From a virus (lineage: Duplodnaviria; Caudoviricetes): a DNA stretch of 40,693 nucleotides. A model generated the notes under the pieces. That model was not told the origin of the DNA. It ran no database searches and saw nothing but the letters and a program-made list of their open reading frames with translations. This document shows, one piece after another, positions 27,132 through 34,573 of the stretch. The translations under genes and the position numbers were made by a program. Positions within the stretch are counted from its first letter, which is position 1; the number at the start of each line of letters is the position of its first letter. The stretch lies in the IMG/VR virus record IMGVR_UViG_3300017909_002489, positions 1 through 40,693 of that record. One strand, 5' to 3'.

Positions 27132-27528
27132 TTTCCTTCGGTAGTGACTTGGCGAGTCGGCCTATGAGAAGGGAAATCATGGCGATGTAGTTCTGTGCGT
27201 CCGCGAGTTCTTCCTGTAACCCTTGGATAAGTTCTTGAAGTTTCATCTCCTCGAACTTTTGATGAGTGCCACGGTCGTACTGCACCATGCCATCACCCTC
27301 AACCCGCTGGGCGCACCAGCGAGCAAAGTCTCTGACGTATTGCGCCAGCTCGTAACTTGTTATCCCGTAGTCTGGCGAACCTGGGGGACGCGCAACAGAA
27401 CCGTCCCGTCCGCTTGGTTCGCTGAGACAATTTGCATCCCCGTGGCTTTCAGCATTTCCAGCACTCTTGTCCATTCGTAATCTGTCAAGGCTGGGCCAGT
27501 CATAGCGGGGGATTCCTCCGTAGGTCAT
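27073..27528 (-). CDS. Hypothetical protein with MazG-like helical motif (151 aa)
   Basis: QKFEEM...QEELADAQNY; ATGA overlap with primase. Confidence 0.5.
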   Translation of the reverse strand: MTYGGIPRYDWPSLDRLRMDKSAGNAESHGDANCLSEPSGRDGSVARPPGSPDYGITSYELAQYVRDFARWCAQRVEGDGMVQYDRGTHQKFEEMKLQELIQGLQEELADAQNYIAMISLLIGRLAKSLPKESDERETGMGNTGSPDPVSR

Positions 27529-28151
27529 AGTGCTCTCAATATCTCTCGTAGTTGTTCAGCTCCGTGTTTGACATAGATGGAGTTCGTGTCCTCGCCAGAG
27601 GGAAGTTCGACCATGGTCGCGTCAATTTCTTCGACCATCTTCTTCCCGAAATCTCGTCCAGCCTCGTCCCCATCAGCCAGGACGATGATCCGGTCAAAGT
27701 CCTCAAAGAGCCATCGCCACGACTTGTTCCAAGCCTTCGACCCTGGTACACCCACGGCGGTCACGCCCATTTGTGTAAGGGTCATCTGATCTAGTTCCCC
27801 CTCGACGACGACTGCTTCTCGGCTGTCACCGAGCAAGCAACTAACCCCGAATAGGTGAGGCATGGCCCCGCTACGCGACAGATACTTAGGCGTGGAGTCG
27901 TCCAGGGTGCGAAACCGCAACGCAACGACCTCGCCGGAGGCACATATGTAGGGGATTGCGAGTCGTCCGACGTATCGCTCATCGCCCAGACTCGCTGTAT
28001 CTGAGGCTACGACGCCAAGACGGAACATATTGACGGTCCCCTCGGTTAGCCCTCTGCTCACTAGGTAAGGCAGAGCGACCTCGATGTTCTCTTGATACGC
28101 CGCCGTTGCCTTCTCCAGCGATTCCTTTTGCGATTCTGAGAGCCTGTCCAA
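27525..28151 (-). CDS. DNA primase, TOPRIM domain (208 aa)
   Basis: GRLAIPY, KYL, VVEGELD, DGDEAG and DTN motifs of DnaG/T7-type primases. Confidence 0.9.
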   Translation of the reverse strand: MDRLSESQKESLEKATAAYQENIEVALPYLVSRGLTEGTVNMFRLGVVASDTASLGDERYVGRLAIPYICASGEVVALRFRTLDDSTPKYLSRSGAMPHLFGVSCLLGDSREAVVVEGELDQMTLTQMGVTAVGVPGSKAWNKSWRWLFEDFDRIIVLADGDEAGRDFGKKMVEEIDATMVELPSGEDTNSIYVKHGAEQLREILRAL

Positions 28152-28365
28152 AGTCGCATCCTTCCTTTATCTGTATGACTTTCAAGGCGTCGCCCTTGAA
28201 TCCGCACGCATGGCAGTTCACGGCGTTCTTGTCGAAATTGACGGAGGCACTTGCTTGCCTGTCGTCATGTTCCACGCACTTGACGGGAACCCATCCAGGT
28301 CGCTCGCTCGGCAGAGTCCAGCCGTAGTGCTCCAGCACGGGACCGATAGAAAAGTCGTAACTCAC
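27979..28365 (-). CDS. DNA primase zinc-binding (CHC2) domain protein (128 aa)
   Basis: CVEHDD.QASAS...CHACGFKGD. GTG 28365 overlaps the resolvase stop; overlaps the TOPRIM ORF by 173 nt. Confidence 0.85.
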   Translation of the reverse strand: MSYDFSIGPVLEHYGWTLPSERPGWVPVKCVEHDDRQASASVNFDKNAVNCHACGFKGDALKVIQIKEGCDFGQALRIAKGIAGEGNGGVSREHRGRSALPSEQRANRGDRQYVPSWRRSLRYSESGR

Positions 28366-28727
28366 GAGATACCACCCCACCGGAGCAGGTTGATGAACTC
28401 GTCCACGGTCATCACGATGCGACCCTCGCCAGGGCCAGACTGACGAGTCTTGGTGGCGACGAACGCGATCGTGGGCTTGTCGTACTTCTCGCTGTAATTG
28501 TCGGCCTCTGTGAACGCTTGCCGCAGAAAATCTTTCATCTTGTCCCATGCGGAGCGCACGTTCTTGCACTCGCCAATGGCGTCAAAGAACTTTGTGCGGA
28601 TGGAGATGTCCCCGATGTCTTTACTGCCAGCCCGCGGTAGCCGGCGGGCGTCGAGTCCCATCTCGTTGAGGTAGTTCTCTAGGTCGCGCTCCCATGCGCT
28701 GCCCTTCCGCTTGTTCGCGCTACTCAT
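28362..28727 (-). CDS. Holliday junction resolvase-like PD-(D/E)XK nuclease (121 aa)
   Basis: NKRKGSAWERDL...DIGDI...ECKN, an archaeal-type/phage resolvase pattern. Confidence 0.8.
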   Translation of the reverse strand: MSSANKRKGSAWERDLENYLNEMGLDARRLPRAGSKDIGDISIRTKFFDAIGECKNVRSAWDKMKDFLRQAFTEADNYSEKYDKPTIAFVATKTRQSGPGEGRIVMTVDEFINLLRWGGIS

Positions 28728-28821
28728 CAAGTTCCTCCCACGGCAGGCCACAGAAGTTGCACGGCTCGTAAGGCCCATCAGTCCTGTGCTCGTGGTCATC
28801 CAAAGGAAACAAGTCGCTCAT
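28720..28821 (-). CDS. Microprotein with CxxC (33 aa)
   Basis: ATGA overlap with the helicase stop; MSDLFPLDDHEHRTDGPYEPCNFCGLPWEELDE; fills the gap exactly. Confidence 0.55.
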   Translation of the reverse strand: MSDLFPLDDHEHRTDGPYEPCNFCGLPWEELDE

Positions 28822-29597
28822 CGCTCGGTCGCCTCACCTATGAACGCGCGCTCGGGGGCGTAGTCAAACCAATCGACTATCCGACCGTCTTTGTCCATGT
28901 AGCCGTAGCGGTTCTTCACCGCTCCCAGACCGAGCCACCCTTCGGTTGATGTGACCGACAGGATCAGAGCGGGAGTCTCGGCAGTCTTACCTTGAATCGC
29001 CTCCATGGATGGGACCGTGCCCTCGGGGTGCGGCCTAGACAGGCTCATGTGATGAAGCACCAATGCGCACAAGTTCCAGCTACGAGCCAGAAACTTGAGA
29101 TCCTTAAGAAACTCTTTCCCCCACTCATCCCCGTTGTCTCGCAAGACGTCGGTCAGGTTGTCCACGATTAGCAACATCGGGCCGTCGCCCCACATCTCAG
29201 CGTGCGCCTCAACGAGTTCGCGGATCTGCTGGACTGTCGGAGCCGACAGGAAGTTCCACCGGATGTTTGACGTATCGCGCAATAGTTCGCTGGCGCGGTC
29301 CTTGTCATGCACCAGCATTTCCTCGACGTCGGACTGCGGCATACCTGTAATCAGGGATAGGAGTCGAATCGACTGAGTTGCCAGGTGTGAGTCGGCGGAA
29401 ATGTAGATCGTTGGAACCTGCGCGCGGTAAGCCAAGTTCAGAGCCACCATGGACTTGCCGGTACTCGGCCGCCCACAGATCATGCTCACTTCACCGACGC
29501 GCATGGAGATCCCGCGCTCAGTTAAGGCTTCCCACATATTCGGGATCGACGGAGCCTGAGCCGCGGGGGACAACACCGCCTTATGTAGTTGCCTCAT
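28818..29597 (-). CDS. DnaB/RecA-like ATPase, putative replicative helicase (259 aa)
   Basis: Walker A GRPSTGKS, Walker B LLIVDNL, LVLHH, VKNRYG arginine finger. Confidence 0.85.
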   Translation of the reverse strand: MRQLHKAVLSPAAQAPSIPNMWEALTERGISMRVGEVSMICGRPSTGKSMVALNLAYRAQVPTIYISADSHLATQSIRLLSLITGMPQSDVEEMLVHDKDRASELLRDTSNIRWNFLSAPTVQQIRELVEAHAEMWGDGPMLLIVDNLTDVLRDNGDEWGKEFLKDLKFLARSWNLCALVLHHMSLSRPHPEGTVPSMEAIQGKTAETPALILSVTSTEGWLGLGAVKNRYGYMDKDGRIVDWFDYAPERAFIGEATER

Positions 29598-30664
29598 GCG
29601 TAAGCCTCCATGAGTTGCTTACCCAGCCACTCGGCTACCGGAACGGTCACGGCGTTACCCATTTGCTTGTACCGATTTGAGTCGGCCAAGCCTTTGGTCC
29701 AGTCGTCGGGGAATCCTTGTAGTCGCTCGCACTCAACCGGCGTCAAGCGACGCACGTTCCATTCGTAAGCAACCGCGGGAATCTGACTCGTTGATAGCGG
29801 GGGCGTAGCCTCCATCGTGATACCGAGGCCGTCGTTAGCGTTGCCGTAGCCTCCGCCGTTCTGCCAATTCAGGCCGATAGCCAGCGTCGTGGCTCGGGAC
29901 TCGGAGTGATTCTCAAACGTGTTCAGCGTCGGGGTAACGTTGCTTTCAACCCAAGTTTCGTAGTCGGTATTCGACTGAGCGCGCCTACCCTTGGCAAAGG
30001 GAATCAACTGATTTCCCCTGGCCTGGTTGTCGTCTGGCCCACCTGTTCCAAGGCTTGACGTAAGAGCGACGGTAGTGACCGCCCTCTGCGGCTGGAGCGT
30101 TCCAGAATCCCCCGACAAGTCTTGGGACTCAACGAGTACCGCTCGGCCGCGCGGGGCTCCAACACTTGCGACAATGAACAGACGCTTGCGTCGTTGGGCC
30201 ACTCCAAAGTATTGCGAGTCCAGCACTCGCCATTCGATGTGCGGATACCCTGCTTCGGCCAATGTAGTGACGACTGTGCCGAAATCGCGTCCTTTGTTGC
30301 TGCTGAGAAGTCCTGGCACATTCTCCAAGACAATAACTTTTGCTTGGGTGTGCGTACTGAAAGCGACAGCGGAGAAGAACAATCCGGAACGCTGCCCAGC
30401 AAGTCCTTTGCGGACTCCTGCGATGGAGACATCTTGACAAGGGAATCCTCCGCAAACAACATCGACTGACCCTGTAATTCTTTGTGCATCCGACCAATCT
30501 CTCGCTGTCTCTATATCGTCGTGCCGATCTATTTCCGGCCAATGGCTAGCCAGAACCTCTACGCATTTCTTGTCGATCTCGACCTGGCCCACACAGGAGA
30601 GGCCAGCGCGCTCAAATCCAAGATCAAAGCCGCCGACTCCCGCGAACGTGGACACGAATCTCAT
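29594..30664 (-). CDS. C5 cytosine DNA methyltransferase (356 aa; start ATG 30664)
   Basis: Motifs I FAGVGG, IV GFPCQ, VI ENVPG, VIII QRRKR, IX RRLTPVECERLQGFP and X MGNAV. Confidence 0.95.
   Translation of the reverse strand: MRFVSTFAGVGGFDLGFERAGLSCVGQVEIDKKCVEVLASHWPEIDRHDDIETARDWSDAQRITGSVDVVCGGFPCQDVSIAGVRKGLAGQRSGLFFSAVAFSTHTQAKVIVLENVPGLLSSNKGRDFGTVVTTLAEAGYPHIEWRVLDSQYFGVAQRRKRLFIVASVGAPRGRAVLVESQDLSGDSGTLQPQRAVTTVALTSSLGTGGPDDNQARGNQLIPFAKGRRAQSNTDYETWVESNVTPTLNTFENHSESRATTLAIGLNWQNGGGYGNANDGLGITMEATPPLSTSQIPAVAYEWNVRRLTPVECERLQGFPDDWTKGLADSNRYKQMGNAVTVPVAEWLGKQLMEAYA
30004..30489 (-). CDS. Overprinted alternative-frame protein inside the MTase (M.EcoHK31I beta-like, 161 aa)
   Basis: Same-strand +1 frame open for 161 codons; C-terminal SLSQVLE...RYSLSPKTCRGILERSSRRGRSLPSLLRQAL resembles such beta polypeptides. 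Confidence 0.65.
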   Translation of the reverse strand: MHKELQGQSMLFAEDSLVKMSPSQESAKDLLGSVPDCSSPLSLSVRTPKQKLLSWRMCQDFSAATKDAISAQSSLHWPKQGIRTSNGECWTRNTLEWPNDASVCSLSQVLEPRAAERYSLSPKTCRGILERSSRRGRSLPSLLRQALEQVGQTTTRPGEIS

Positions 30665-30780
30665 CGGTAGTAGTACCTCCCACACTCCGGATCGGTGCAG
30701 CGAATGAGATACCTATGGCAATCAAAGTTTGCGGCGGCCCCACAATGCGGACACCACGGCTGCTCATCTACCTTGGGCAT
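30661..30780 (-). CDS. Zinc-ribbon microprotein (39 aa)
   Basis: AAAGGAAG RBS; CPHC...CTDPEC; ATGA overlap with the MTase. Confidence 0.7.
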   Translation of the reverse strand: MPKVDEQPWCPHCGAAANFDCHRYLIRCTDPECGRYYYR

Positions 30781-30798
30781 GACTTCCTTTCTGTGAAT

Positions 30799-30899
30799 GT
30801 GCGGGGCGACTAACGAGGGGATTAGCCGCCCCGCACTTCCCTTCCGCTGCTCATGCTCGCCAAGTGGTATGAGCAGCAGGCTTTCCGCGAATGCGGAAA
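30799..30899 (-). other. Three tandem intergenic hairpins
   Basis: Minus strand: TTTCCGC-ATTC-GCGGAAA; GCTGCTCAT..ATGAGCAGC; GTGCGGGGCGGCTAA-TCCCCTCG-TTAGTCGCCCCGCAC. Confidence 0.6.
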
Positions 30900-30900
30900 C

Positions 30901-31419
30901 TTAGGAGTTAGCGAGTTCCGGCAGATTGGAAGTGTCGAAATTCCACTCAGTCATCTCGCCCCATGCGTCGCGCTGACCCTTACCGCGCTCGGCGACATCC
31001 TCGTCCACCCATTTGGTGTACGGCTTGCCATTGGAAGAGCGAGCCCACAACAGAATGGCTTTTGTGCCGTTCGGGGTAAGGATCGCCTTGGGGTGGTCGT
31101 AGATGAAGAACTTGTCCGGATACTTCGTTTCCACCACGCGCATATCGCCGCCAGCGGTTTGCGGAACCGGAGCTGGGGGAGCGGGACGGTCGGGCTTGAC
31201 CTCCGACGCACCCAGCGACGACTTGGCGTTGGTGATCGCCTGCCCCAGCGTCGGAGCAGGAACCTTGGAGACAACCGCGAACTGCTCCAGCAGTACGGGA
31301 ATCTCCTCGTGGTTCACAAAGTCCCGCAACTTGTCCGCGAGTCCTTCAATCGTGTCGTGCTCGACGTTGCAATAGTTCGCCGAGACTGTGTAGTGGTACT
31401 TGCCAGCCATCTTTCTCAC
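30901..31419 (-). CDS. Hypothetical protein, possible ssDNA-binding/recombination partner (172 aa)
   Basis: Coupled downstream of the exonuclease; Pro-rich linker and aromatic C-terminal domain. Function inferred from synteny only. Confidence 0.55.
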   Translation of the reverse strand: MRKMAGKYHYTVSANYCNVEHDTIEGLADKLRDFVNHEEIPVLLEQFAVVSKVPAPTLGQAITNAKSSLGASEVKPDRPAPPAPVPQTAGGDMRVVETKYPDKFFIYDHPKAILTPNGTKAILLWARSSNGKPYTKWVDEDVAERGKGQRDAWGEMTEWNFDTSNLPELANS

Positions 31420-32228
31420 TTACCTTTCTTCATATCGAATTGAGCGATGGACCCTGGATCACCCTTTAACCGGCAATACGGCTGCACCTGGCATGAGGCG
31501 CACATCGGATTGGGGTTAGGGATGAAAACTTCTGCGGAGATTCCCTTGGCTGCATCGGACCACCAATGAGTCAGTCCCGTAGGGGACCGATCGAACGCTG
31601 CTGTTTCGGTGATCTCGGCTTTGCGCGCCATGTAGTACTGACCAAAGTCGGGGGAGATCTTGTAGTGCTGCCGCATCAACTCGGCGTACACATCAAGTTG
31701 CTCTCGGCTCTGCTTGTACGAGCCGGTCTTTAGGTCGATGAGAAAGATCTGGCCGGTCGGAGACACCATGGCGCGATCGACGTAGCCGACCACCTTCACG
31801 CCCCCGATCTGTCCCCAGACTCCGAACTCAATACCTGGGGTTCCGTTGCCCAGATCCAGCCATTTCCATCCCTCGGCCATGCGGCCTTCACGGAAATCGA
31901 CATAACGTTGCAAATACTCCGAAAGATGGGACTTCCACCACGGGCCATCCTCAACCTTCCCGCGGCCACCAGGGCGCAGCGCGTCTAGGTCAAGGCTCTT
32001 CGCTTCGACTGCCCAAGCTTCCTCTAATGCCAACTCGATGCTCAGGTGCGTACCGCGATCCAGGTACTCCGAGGCGGTATGAAACACCTTGCCTCCGAAT
32101 AACGCCCACGAGCCAGCCGTAGGGATCCCCACGATCCGCTCCAGGCGGAACTGCTCGCCGCAGTTGGCGTAGTTCTTGACGGCAGAGAAGGAGAGGTAGT
32201 CCTTGCCCGTTACTAACTGGAGGCTCAC
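31416..32228 (-). CDS. Cas4/RecB-like PD-(D/E)XK exonuclease (270 aa)
   Basis: LSFSAV...C, GKVFH, GYVDR...IDLKTG, QLDVY, C-terminal CASCQVQPYC. Confidence 0.88.
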   Translation of the reverse strand: MSLQLVTGKDYLSFSAVKNYANCGEQFRLERIVGIPTAGSWALFGGKVFHTASEYLDRGTHLSIELALEEAWAVEAKSLDLDALRPGGRGKVEDGPWWKSHLSEYLQRYVDFREGRMAEGWKWLDLGNGTPGIEFGVWGQIGGVKVVGYVDRAMVSPTGQIFLIDLKTGSYKQSREQLDVYAELMRQHYKISPDFGQYYMARKAEITETAAFDRSPTGLTHWWSDAAKGISAEVFIPNPNPMCASCQVQPYCRLKGDPGSIAQFDMKKGK

Positions 32229-32494
32229 TTACTACTCCAGTCGATCGTCACGAATCTGCACTTGTGCTCTACCCACTCATCCAGAACGCGCACGTTGGTT
32301 GGTATCGACACGGACCAAGCAAAATCCTGCCAGGATGATGACTCAGCCATGATCCCGAGAGCGCGGTTCTCGGATATCTGCACCAGCACGGGCGGCTTGT
32401 TCTCATATTTATTCATGGCGTAAGCAACCATATGGCCGACTACCTCCCAACGCAAGCGTCCTAGAGACTTTCCCCTTGGGCGTGTCGTGACCAT
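32225..32494 (-). CDS. Hypothetical protein (89 aa)
   Basis: GTGA overlap with the exonuclease; start uncertain. Confidence 0.55.
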   Translation of the reverse strand: MVTTRPRGKSLGRLRWEVVGHMVAYAMNKYENKPPVLVQISENRALGIMAESSSWQDFAWSVSIPTNVRVLDEWVEHKCRFVTIDWSSK

Positions 32495-32522
32495 ACCCCG
32501 ACACCCCGACAGCGACGTATGC

Positions 32523-32551
32523 TTGCAAACGCCACGATTCGGGATTAGACT
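32523..32551 (+). promoter_or_regulatory. SigA-like promoter firing against the leftward arm
   Basis: TTGCAA-17-TAGACT; same GCTTGCAAAC context as the integrase promoter. Confidence 0.6.
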
Positions 32552-32575
32552 TCAATGGTGGTTGTAAGGGCAGGT

Positions 32576-32740
32576 GTGAGCGAGCACAGAGCGAGCGAAC
32601 TCAGAGCTTTTTACTCGTTGCCTTTCATGGGGGAAAGGCAACACCCGCCGCGGGTTACATATCCCGCGTAAGTCGCTCAGATAGCGACCCTCTCTGGTAA
32701 CTAGGTACGAGGAGGCCCCCGAGGACGAATCTCGGGGGCC
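32576..32740. other. GAGC repeats plus four tandem hairpins (candidate origin or ncRNA; last hairpin may terminate repressor mRNA)
   Basis: Hairpins at 32617-32642, 32649-32668, 32672-32688 and 32714-32740. Confidence 0.55.
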
Positions 32741-32743
32741 GAC

Positions 32744-33178
32744 TCATTTAAGGCTTACTTCGACGGGATGGATCGGTAGATCTTCGGGATCTCCCTCGAC
32801 CCGATCCGCGTAAGCGAATCCGCGATCGGAGTCGTAGACAACCACAGTCTCGTCCCGCTCCATACGAGCAAGCCAGGAATCCAACCGATAGTTCTCGTCC
32901 TCCGTCAGCGACTTACCCGCTCGACGTCGCGCAAGGCAACGGAGCATCTTGATGGGGTAGTCCCGCTGGTGCTCGGTTTTAACGACCCACGGAATCTCGT
33001 CCTCGTATTTCGTTTGAGCTGCCAATCCAGCTCGGACGATGGCGGAACTAATGGTGGTCCGTTGCAACCGGACCCCCGTCGCCTCATAGACCTTCTCCAC
33101 TATTTCTTCGTGGGTTAGTCCTTCTGACAGGAACTTCTCCAGTTCCTTTGGTGTCGGGCTAATCCTTGGCCTGCCCAT
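32744..33178 (-). CDS. Immunity repressor, L5 gp71/cluster A-like (144 aa)
   Basis: N-terminal HTH (GLTHEEIVEKV...RTTISSAI), then IPW...H...MLR...LTEDENYRLDSW...VVVYD...GFAY..R...D, paralleling L5 gp71. Divergent from int. Confidence 0.75.
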   Translation of the reverse strand: MGRPRISPTPKELEKFLSEGLTHEEIVEKVYEATGVRLQRTTISSAIVRAGLAAQTKYEDEIPWVVKTEHQRDYPIKMLRCLARRRAGKSLTEDENYRLDSWLARMERDETVVVYDSDRGFAYADRVEGDPEDLPIHPVEVSLK

Positions 33179-33256
33179 TCACTTCCCCTCCGCGTTATTA
33201 TTTGCCGCCGCCGCCGGCATATATATGCAATTTTTTTTGGATATGCTGATGCGTAT

Positions 33257-33287
33257 ACAATACCTTTGTTTACAACATTAGTGTCAA
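33257..33287 (-). promoter_or_regulatory. Putative repressor promoter
   Basis: Perfect TTGACA, then TATTGT, in an AT-rich patch; the spacer is long (19 nt). Confidence 0.45.
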
Positions 33288-33383
33288 GTTAATTACGGGT
33301 TATGACGCGGGTGTGTCGGCATATTCCTGCGAACTCCCATAATGTGAAACCCTGTGGATAAAGGGCGTGTTTGTATGGGGATT

Positions 33384-33413
33384 GTGTCCGGAGGGGGACT
33401 TGAACCCAAGTCC
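33384..33413 (-). mobile_element. attP core: 3' end of a host tRNA (probably tRNA-Leu)
   Basis: Minus strand GGGTTCAAGTCCCCCTCCGGACAC is a T loop plus acceptor 3' strand like actinobacterial tRNA-Leu. Inverted repeat GGACTTG-AACC-CAAGTCC. About 80 bp upstream of int. Confidence 0.8.
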
Positions 33414-33422
33414 GTCTTACGC

Positions 33423-33451
33423 TTGCAAACCACCTTATCCCGCCGTACTCT
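33423..33451 (+). promoter_or_regulatory. Integrase promoter
   Basis: TTGCAA-17-TACTCT upstream of int. Confidence 0.6.
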
Positions 33452-33490
33452 GGCATATGATGGCATATTCCCATATCGACCCATTGAGGA

Positions 33491-34498
33491 GTGAAGGTGG
33501 CGAACGAAACTTTAAGTCAGGCGTACCTGAAATACGAGCAAAACCTGTTGGCCCAAGGGTGGGCGGAGAACACTCGAAAGAATAAGTTGCAAGTGCTTCA
33601 TCACGCCAAGAGGACCTGGGGTAACCCCGTTGTCCGGCGTATCCAGCCAGCCGACGTCAATAAGTATTTCGGCAATCAGGATTGGAGCGAACGAACCCGC
33701 AATCTGTACCTGACGGGCCTTCGGCAGTTTTTTAAGTTTTGCCGAGAAACCCGAATCACCCCACCAGATCACGACCCGACGATTGGGTGGCGGATGCTAC
33801 GCGAGCCGGACTCCGAGATGTTTTGGATTCCGCCGTCACAGTTCAACGACTTGATGGATGCGACTGAGCACCCACGCGATCGCATGATCATCGCCGTCGG
33901 CCTGTTTGCCCTGTGTCGAGGAAGCGAGGTCCGCGCTTTAACTTTTGGCGACGTTGATCTTGACTCTGGAGTGTTGCATGTGTATCAGATCAAGAACAAG
34001 CGCGAGCTGCGCCTGCCCATTGTGAGCAACCTACGCTCCGAGTTTGAGCGGTACTTTGAGTGGATCACCAGCATTCAAGGCCCGATCCAATCGTGGTGGA
34101 ATCTGACTCCGCCACGAGCCAAGAGGTTTACCTCCGGCTTGACATTTCAACAAGCGGCTTTCCAGCCGCCGGTAGTCATGGAGATGGATAAGCAGTTCGC
34201 TCACATCTACAAGCCAGTCCGCGAGGCTTTTATTGCTCTCGGTTACGACCTTCCTGGTAAGACAGGTAACCACGCCCTCCGTCGATCTGGTGCTCGCAAC
34301 CTTCTAGAACACTTCCGCCGGATAGAAGGGGAGCAGTCCGCCATCCTCCGCGTGTCCACCATGCTCGGTCACAAGTCCGAAAAGGACACTAGGAAATACC
34401 TAGGAATGAACTTGGAGATGGAACAACTACACGACCGCCTTATCGGAGCCGACGTTCTCGGCGATCCGCACGCCCAAGCCCGACTTCGAGTTGTGTAG
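33491..34498 (+). CDS. int: Tyrosine integrase (335 aa; start may be GTG 33497)
   Basis: Catalytic R (LCRGSE), K (IKNK), HALRR, LGH and Y (RKYL); adjacent attP. Confidence 0.92.
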   Translation: MKVANETLSQAYLKYEQNLLAQGWAENTRKNKLQVLHHAKRTWGNPVVRRIQPADVNKYFGNQDWSERTRNLYLTGLRQFFKFCRETRITPPDHDPTIGWRMLREPDSEMFWIPPSQFNDLMDATEHPRDRMIIAVGLFALCRGSEVRALTFGDVDLDSGVLHVYQIKNKRELRLPIVSNLRSEFERYFEWITSIQGPIQSWWNLTPPRAKRFTSGLTFQQAAFQPPVVMEMDKQFAHIYKPVREAFIALGYDLPGKTGNHALRRSGARNLLEHFRRIEGEQSAILRVSTMLGHKSEKDTRKYLGMNLEMEQLHDRLIGADVLGDPHAQARLRVV

Positions 34499-34573
34499 GG
34501 TTGTCGCCATGAAGGTCATCGCAAGCACCTACATTTTTCCAGACTTTTACTCCAACTACCCCCAGGGGCCGTA

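Noticed and set aside
33340-33430. Intact tRNA gene beside the integrase
   Set aside because: Only the T loop and 3' acceptor strand are present; the 5' half is absent.
33457-33585. Leaderless upstream ORF overlapping int
   Set aside because: The ATG is near the predicted TSS, but the peptide is featureless and int has its own GAGGAG RBS.
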